Of a stretch of DNA of 64,000 nucleotides, positions 12,501 through 21,500 are shown in pieces (position 1 is the stretch's first letter; the number at the start of each line of letters is the position of its first letter). The stretch covers positions 6,014,001 through 6,078,000 of the forward strand of contig NC_087462.1 of NCBI RefSeq assembly GCF_036321535.1, written 5' to 3'. The stretch comes from Camelus dromedarius (lineage: Eukaryota). The notes beneath the pieces were generated by a model. The model did not search any database, was not told where the DNA came from, and was given only the letters and a program-made list of their open reading frames with translations. The position numbers and the translations under genes are program-made.

Positions 12501-15500
12501 GTCCTCCCTGCAGCCCATGAGGCCCTGCCTGCTCTCCTCGTCACCTCCCTGACCTCACCTCCTTCACTCTCTCCTCTCCTCGCTCTGTTCCAGCCTCGCT
12601 GGCCTCCTGGCCATACACAAGCTCACCAGGCACAGTCTCCCTTCAGGACCTCTGCAATGGCTGTTCCCTCCACCTAGAAAGCTCTTCCCCGTGGAGACAT
12701 CTACATGACTCCACCTTTTTCATACCTCTGCTCAAACATCACCTCCTCAGAGACTTTCTCTGACTGTCCTAAGACAGCGCCCTTTCCCCCTTTCCCCTGT
12801 TACCTGGTTTCATGTTGTTTCTTACCACCTAACACCACTCATTTATATATTGGTTGTTTACTGTCTGCCCGCATGTTTACTGCACAGGGTAGGGACTGAT
12901 GTCCGTTTTGTTCAGAACTGTGTCTCCAGCGCCCAGCATAGCACCTGGCATAGAACAGGCCGGCAGTCAGGGTTTGTTAAATGAATAACCACAGCATATA
13001 ATCCATGTATGCATAGCTAAAACTGAAAATAAAAATGCAGCTTTAAGGGGATGGGGGATAGCTCAGTGGTAGAGCATGTGCTTAACATGTGTGAGGTTTT
13101 CAATCCCCAGTACCTCCGTTAAAAAAAATTTTTTTTAAAAGCAAGGGAAAAAAAAGCAGCTTAGAGTTTTCCAGGTGCCCATATTAATTTGCAAATTTTA
13201 TACATATAAGAATTTAATATATATTAAGTGTGAAATTTCCAGTTGGCAAGGAAAGGATAATCAGTCACTAGCTTTGACTGTGCATTTGGAAGAAAATGAA
13301 GTTAACTCCACCTCCAACACCTTGCAAAACAAATTCCATGTGGATTAATCATGCAAATATAGAAAACTGAAAACTCACAAGTATGAAGGGAAAACACAAG
13401 AGCATATTTCAACCTTCTGATAAGAGGTGGGACCAGTAAGATGGGTGGAGGAGAGAGAAGGCAGCTCAGGAGGTTTCTAGTATCAGCCAAATAGCAGCCA
13501 GATTGGCAGTGGGAGCTGTCAGATAAGAACGGCTTGTGCTAACCAAGGAGTACGTTTCAGACCCTGGCTCAGGGCTCTTTACCAAATAGGCACTCCTATT
13601 AACAAGCCATTTTACAACAGAGAAAACCGTAGGTCAGGGAGAGGAACCTGCATGCCCAGTACCCTAGCAACAAGTGGTGGGTCCCTTCTCCAGTTTTGAT
13701 GGGTGAATGGGAGCCACTGAGGGTGTTTGAGCAGGAGCATGACAGCATGTTCAGGCTGGGGAGGCGAAGTCTCAGTCAGTTCTCAGGGAAATTTGGTGGC
13801 TGTAGCTGGGACAGTCGAGCTATGGCCTTGTAGTGTGAACTTGTCAGATGGAATTAAAGATGCAGAGCTAGGCGCCTGGTGTAGCCTTGGCTCAGGGCCT
13901 TGCCTTGTGGGTGGCTCAGGAAATATAAGAGGGAACATTGGTACTGTCATCTGATGGGTTCCATTAGCTCTCATTTTAACATTAGCCAAGGGGGGACAGA
14001 GGGAGGGGCAAAGCGAATCCTAATGGTTTGATAATTGAGCCTGATTCAAACCCTGCAGGGTGGAAACTTGCTGTATCTTTGCAACAATGCCCCAGTGCCT
14101 CCCTATCACTGGTTTACTGAGTGCCAGGTGCTCTTCAGAAACTTTATGCGGTTTACCTCAATTCACCCTTATAGCAACTTTGTGGGTTGATCCCATTTGA
14201 CAGATGTGAAAACTGAGGCCCAGAGAGACATAACATGCTGGGGCCACAAAGCTGGTGAGCCACAGAGCCAGGCCACCCTGCTCCCGAGTTAGTGCTTGTA
14301 TGAGGTTCCTATGGCTGCTGTAAGCTGTGACCACCAATTTGGCAGCTTAAAAACAACACGAATTTATTATCTCAAGTTTCCAGAGGTCAGACATCCAAAG
14401 TACATCTCACTGGGCCAAAATCAAGGTGCTGGCCAGGCTGCAAGCCTTCTGCAGTCTCAGAGAATCTTCTCCCTTGTTAGGTCTCCTCCTCTGACTCCCC
14501 TGCCTCCCTCTTTTCTTTCTTTTTTAATTCCTTTTTTTTTTGTGGGGGCGGGTAGGTAACCAGGTTTATTTATTTATTTATTTTTACCAGAGGTTCTGGG
14601 GATTGAACCCAGTACCTCTCGCATGCTGAGTACACACTCTACCACTGAGCTATACCTTCCCCCTCCGTCTTTTTTTTCTTTTTTCTTTATTTATGTACTT
14701 ATATTACAATATATTTTAAAAAATTGAAGTATAGTTGATGTACAATATAATGTTACAGGCATACAATATAGTAATCCACAATTTTCAAAGGTTATACTCC
14801 ATTTACAGTTATTATAAAATATTGGCTACATTCCCCATGTTGTACAATACATCCTTGTAGCTTATTTTATACCTGATAGTTTGTACCTCTTACTTCTCCT
14901 GCCTCTATCTTTCTCCGCCCCCTTCCCTCTCCCTACTGGTAACCACTATTTCCTTCTCTACATCTGTGAGTCTGTTTCTTTTCTGTTATATTCACTAGTT
15001 TGCTGTATTTTTTTAGATTTTCGCATGTTAAGTGGTATCTTACAGTATTTGTCTTTCTGTCTGACTTATTTCACTTAGCATGATTCCATCCATGCTGTAC
15101 GCCAGAAACTAATACATTTTAAATCAACTGTACTTCAATTAAAAAGCAAACCAACAACCAACCAAGCCATTTAAAATATGGGCAGAGCCTACCCAGCTAG
15201 CTCGGTCGGTAGAGCATGAGACTCTTAAAATATGGGCAGAAGAACTGAACAGACATTTTTCCACAAGAGGAAATGCAGATGGCCAACAGGAACATGAAAA
15301 GTTGCTCAACATCACTAGTATCAGGGAAATGCAAATCAAAATCACAATGAGATATTATCTCACACCTATCAGAGTGGCCATCATCAAAAANNNNNNNNNN
15401 NNNNNNNNNNNNNNNNNNNNNNNNNNNNNNNNNNNNNNNNNNNNNNNNNNNNNNNNNNNNNNNNNNNNNNNNNNNNNNNNNNNNNNNNNNNNNNNNNNNN

Positions 15501-18500
15501 NNNNNNNNNNNNNNNNNNNNNNNNNNNNNNNNNNNNNNNNNNNNNNNNNNNNNNNNNNNNNNNNNNCTCTTTTCTTTATAAGGAAACTTGTTCTTGGGCC
15601 CACCTGGATGAGCCTGGATTAATCTCCCCATCTCATGATCCTAAATTTAATCTCATGTGCAAATTCCCTTTTGCCACGTGAGGTAACAGAGTAACAGGTT
15701 CCAGGAATTAGGATGTGGACATCTTTGGGGGGACCGTTATGCTGCCTACCGCAGTGTGTTATTCAGGCCAGGGTTCGCAAACCATCCCCCATGGGGCAAA
15801 TCCATCCACCATGGTTTCATAGGGTTCAAAGCTAAGAATGGTCTTTCTATTAAAAATTTTTTTTTTAATTTACGATGTATCAGTTTCTGGTGTCAGCGTA
15901 GTGATTCACTTATCTGTGTTGGAATGTTTGTAACTGCTGATTCAGTTAAATATACGTATATATACACACATACACGTACTCTTTTTCATTTTTTTTTTTG
16001 GAGGAGGGAGGCAATAAGATTTACTTTAATGGCCATATGGGGGATTGAACCCAGGACCTTGTGCATGCTAACTAAGCACACACTCTACCACTGAGCTACA
16101 CCCTCCACCTGGCCATATTCTTTCTCACTACAGGTTACTGCAACCTATTGAATATAGTTCTGTGCTCTACAGTAGGACCTTATTTTTAAATGACTGAAAA
16201 ACATCAAAAGAAGACTATGTCTTCATGTGAAATTTCAAATGTCAGGGGCCGTAAGTCTAATTCTCTTGGCCCAGAGCCATGCTCATTCCTTCTCATCTTG
16301 TCCAGGCTGCTCGCTTTCATGTTGTCTATTGCCTATGGCAGACTTAAGCAGCAGTGATAAGAGACTGTATGGAGCCCTTAGAGCTGGAAATATTTACTCT
16401 CTGGTCCTTTACAGAAGTTTGTTGCCCCCTGGTCTCTAGGCAGTGAACTGACATGTGTTGAGCCCAAGTCTGCGCCCCGCCACCCTGCTTCATGGGCTCT
16501 GCTGACAACGACCAGGAGAGGTAAGACGTGTCATTTATCCCCCTCAACACTGGCGGGGGGGGGGGGGAATTGACAAGCCCTCTCCCTCTCCAGGCTGCCA
16601 TTTTCCCATGTGGAGAATGGGACTCAAGTTTGCATTTCCTGGTAGGTATTGCCAGGACCTGATGCAGAAAAAACCAATTAGCACAGGTCTGGGGTCCAAG
16701 GCTTCCAGAAACGCTAACTAGGAGTGAGGCCCCATTTGACAGAGGGGGTAAACTGAGGCCTTGTGTTCCAACCACATAGCCGGTGAGCTGTGCATCGAAC
16801 CAAGGCCCTGCTGGCTCCAACCCAGGCCACTTCGTTGGCAGATGCTGGGAGAGATGTGACAATGGTGGGGGAGAAGGTCTGGGAAAGTTGGGCCATAAGA
16901 CCAGGTTTGGGGAGGGGAGGCAGCCCTTGGGTCCAGGCCTGGCTGGGCAGGATGGCCAGTCCACCCAGTTCAATGGGCGTAGGAGGTAAGAGAACAGAGA
17001 GAGGCTGCCTGGTCACGATCCTCGTGCCAGGACATCAAGTGGCACCCAGCCCCCGCAGCTTCTGGTTACAGGCCAAGTCCACAAGGCCTGCAGCAGCCCC
17101 AGGCCTCGCCCACGCAGCCAGGCCGGCTTACCCCGCCTTCCCAGAAATCTGTGTATGGGTAATGGACATCTCAGCTGCCCAGACAAGTCCCTTTGACAAA
17201 AGGTTTGGGGACAGCATCTGGGTAGGAAAACTAGAAGTGACTCCACTGAGAGCAATGCTGGGAGCAAGAAATAGAGCACCTACTGTGTGCTGGGCACTGA
17301 AGCAGACATTTCCTTCCAGGAACTCATTTGATTCCTACAACGAGGCTCTGAGGGTAGATGGCATAATGGAGAAACAGAGGCCCAGAGATGCTTCATGACT
17401 TGTCTGAAATCACCCAGTCAGCGGGAACTGGGATTTTGAACGCTGCTCCTGCTCCTCAGCTGTGTACTCTGCAAAGAACTCCGATTAACCGGGCATTTAC
17501 CATAGACCCAGTTCCAGTGCAGTGCTAGACCCACAGGAGTTCACTGGTCCCTTGAGGTAGACCTGAGAGGGAGCGGACACTTTAACCCCATTTTCTAGAC
17601 TGACAGACAGGCTCAGATATATGAAAGGTACAGACACAAAAGGTTCAGGGATACTTGAAAGGGTCTGTGCTGGTACAGAGCTGGGAACAATGGAGCTGGT
17701 GTGGGGGGAGGAATAAATGAGGAGTTTGGGACTAACATATACACACTTCTATATATACAATAGACAGGAGGAGGGTACAGCTCAGTGGAAGAGTGTGTGC
17801 TTAGCATGCACGAGGTCCTGGGTTCAATCCCCATGCCTCCATTGTAAATAAATAAATAAACATAATTACCTCCCCCAAAATAAAAATAAATGGAATGATA
17901 AAATATAAATAAATAAAAAGAGAAAAAACAACCTGAAATGACCTTTTAAAAATTTTTAAAGTAAAATAGATAACAAGGATCTACTGTATAGCACAGGGAA
18001 CTATATTCAATATCTTGCAATAATGTATAATGGAAAAGAATCAGAAAAAGAATATATATATAAAAATCTGAATTACTTTGCTTTTGCTGTACACCTGAAA
18101 CTAACACAACATAATTGTAAATCAACTATACTTCAATTTAAAAAAGGAAAAAAGAATAGAGCTGGGACTGGAACACAGCCAATGCTGGGTTCCAGAACCC
18201 AGCTGAGAGTCAGAACTCTGGTTTGCTTTTTTGTATGTCTGTTCATTTATTTAGCACCTTGGTAAAGGCAATTCATGCCCCCTGACCAATGCTATCACTT
18301 CTGGGCTGGTCGCCTGGCTTCTGCCATTGCACCCTAGAGGCCAGAGGGCCCTTGTGAACCGGAGTCAGGTCAGGTCCCTCCTCTGCTCAGAATTCAATGA
18401 CTCCTATCTCTCTCGGAACAAAAACCCAAGTCCTCCGGGGGTGCACAAGGCCCTGTCCACTCTGCCCATCCCTTCTCTGCCCTCACCTCCTGCCATTCTA

Positions 18501-21500
18501 TACCTCAACCTCTCCACTCCAGCCATGTGGACCTCCTCACGGCTCCTCAAACATACCAGACACACTCCCCCACCCCAGGACCTTTGCACAGGCTTTGCCC
18601 GCTGCCTGAAACATGACTCTCTTTCTTATTCCATTAGTCAGGTCAGTATGTGGCCTTCTCTGATCCTCTGATTTGAAATTTTAAACCCTGCCTCCGGGCC
18701 CTTTAGATCAGGCCCACCCTTCCTTCTGGCTACACTTTTCTCCAGAGCCCTTCTCTGATATTCTCAGAATTTTCCTCAGTCATCTTAGTATGTGGATCCC
18801 TTGCAAGAATGTCAGTTCCTGGCAAGCACATTGCCTGCTGTATCTCCAGGGTTGAACCTGGCACTTGGGACCAAGTATTTGCTGAAGGAGGTTATCAATG
18901 AACTTGTTTACGTTAAGTAACCTGTATGCTTATCAAGATTAAACAACAACAACAACAAACAACTTCTGGCAGCACAAGCCTTTAGACTAAGAAAAATCAC
19001 TCTCCCTCTCACCCCTGGCCCAGAGCCCACACTTCCTCACATTGGGAGCAGTTCCTCTCACTGGTTTCCCTTTCCTCCTTCCAGAAAATGTCTACATACA
19101 TAAGCAGATATGTAGCTATTTATCCCTTACCCCGCTGTTTTGTTACACACCCTGTTTCCTACTTTGCTATTTCGCAGACTGACATCATTGGACTTTGTTT
19201 CCCCATCAGCAAGGTTAGACATACTGCATCTTTTTACAAGGCAACATAGTATCCCACCCTAGGAACAGTACTGTTTCTCAGTAAACCAGCCTGAGGAGCT
19301 TTAAAAAAAGATACAGATGCCACACATACACAAAGAAATGAATAGTCTAAGCTCGGGAAAGAGACTTCTTGGCTGTGTTACCTCTGAGCTGGGGACAGCT
19401 AGCTGAGGGTATGTGAAGGGTTCTTTCACAGGGAAGGCTAAAATCTGTGCGGTTGAGGGCTTATTTTTAATTTTCAGCCTCCCCCACCCCAACAGAGAGA
19501 ATATATTAATTTTGTTATGTAAGAGTTTAAAATCTGATTTAAAAATAAGCTTGGGGAGGAGAGGGTAATAGCTCAGTGGTAGAGTGTATGCTTAGCTCGC
19601 ACGAGGTCCTGGGTTCAATCCCCAGTGCCTCCATTAAAAAAAATAAACAATAAGCCTCCCTTTGGGGATTGACTGGAAGGAGGCAGGAGAGAACTTTCTA
19701 GGGGCGATGAGAAAGGCCTTACTTGACATCTGCAAATTTATTCTAAGGGCCAGATATTAAAGGTTTTTTTAAACTATTTATTTTTATCTTTTTTTTAGTG
19801 GAGGTACTGGGGATTGAACCCAGGACTTCATGTAAGCTACGCATGCGCTGTACCACTGAGCTGTACCCTACCCCCAGATATTAAAGATTTTAAGTTTTGT
19901 GGTTCACATATCATCTCTGTCACATATTCTTCTTTTAAGAACCATTTAAAAATGTAAGAGCCACTCAATCCATTGGCTTTACAAAAACAGGCCACAGTGC
20001 AACAGTGTAACAATACTTAACACTACTGAACTTAAAAATGGTTAAGATGGGAAATTTTGTTATGTTTTTTAACCACACACACAAAAATAAAAATAATCAT
20101 AATACTAATAGGCCGTCCTTGGGCATAAGGGACCTCTGGGGGCTGGTAATGTTTTTTTTCCTGACCTGGGTGCTGCTGAGATGTGTGTACCCTTTTATGT
20201 ACGAATTTTCTACTTCAATAAAAAGTTCAAAATATTCCCCTCGATTGGTTCAACTTAAGATGGTCCACCCACAAATGCACAACTTAATGCAACTGTCCCA
20301 AAAGACTGAAGAGGTTTCCAGGCACTGATGTGAGGGAGAGATCACCTCCAACACATTAAGCAAAAAAAAAAAAAAAAAAAAGCAACACAATGTGAAACAC
20401 ACAACTTTTCATTCAACAAATGTATCTGTTGAGCACCGACTTTGTTACCATGTGACAGACACTGTGGATACACCTTCAAACTAAACAGATATGCATTCCT
20501 GCCTCACAAAGCTAGCACTTTAAGGGTTTCTTAACATTTTTGTAAAAGAGGGGGGAAAAGCCACTAAATAAAGAATATGTGTAGTTGCATGAGAAGGTCT
20601 AAGGCCTAGACCCTGGAAGAAAACACAACAAGTTGCCATGCAGATATACTGCAAGAAAGAAGTGTGATATTGGGAGAGGGAGCAGGAAGCAGATTTTATA
20701 AAGCTATAAAGTCTTTTGTATCTTTTTTTTTTTGGAAGCATGTGAATGTGTTATCTCTTTCCAAAAAAAGTTGCAATTAACAATACCCTCTCCCGACAAT
20801 GTTTTTTAAAAACTCAGATGCCAGCGCCCTGCTGCGGGCTGAGTTGAATTCTCTAGTGAATGGGGCCATGAAATCTACTTTTTAAACAAGCACCATTACT
20901 TTTTTCCCCTCACCCCATCAGTCTATTGTTTTAGGTTACCTAGAATCTTTTTCCATGCTGCTCATGTCAAGGGTGGGCTGAGAAGTTTGGCAGTGCCCCT
21001 TGCTGACATCCGCCGGGGCCAGGAGCCATTTCCTGGCTTCCTCAGAGATGCTGCTTTCCTCTAGATAAGGTGTCTGCTAGGGAGGGAACTTTCTGCCCTT
21101 ATCAGTCCAGTCTAAGTATACACCCTGACAGAGGGCTGCCTCTCCATCAGCTCACAGAAAATCCATATCCCCAGTATCCCCAGTCCCAGAGGCCTTGGAG
21201 CACGTAGAGGTCACCTGGCAGTGTGCAAAACACTTCCTACCAGTCAGCACGGTCTGCCCAGCCCTACTGATGAGGATATGGAGTTTCAGAGAGGTCACCA
21301 ACTCACCCATGGCCACAGAGCTCATCTGTGTCAGAACAAGGATTTGAACCTATGCGTGTCTGACATTACCCCCTAAGTTGGTGACTGATGGGAAGGCACT
21401 AGGGCACAAGGGAAGGATACCTGAGCCACTCTTTGCACATTGTTCCCAAAGGAAAGCTCCCCGTTATCTGGCAAAGACTTCACAGGGCAGCCTGAGGGTC

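Larger units (their letters stand above)
14290..15755. mobile_element. MaLR (MLT1-type) LTR split by later insertions
   Basis: Left part 14290-14480 (GGCAGCTTAAAAACAACACGAATTTATTATCTC...AAAATCAAGGTG); right part 15567-15755 (GGATGTGGACATCTTTGGGGGG...CCTACCGCA). Confidence 0.7.

Noticed and set aside
15197-15631. ORFs spanning N-runs (also 53560-54332 and 58983-59387)
   Set aside because: Artefacts of X translation across gaps
16555-16567. G13 homopolymer
   Set aside because: Isolated run, length unreliable in sequencing, no supporting context
16344-17398. Overlapping 209-aa and 202-aa ORFs
   Set aside because: Intronic, partly MIR-derived, no domain or codon signal
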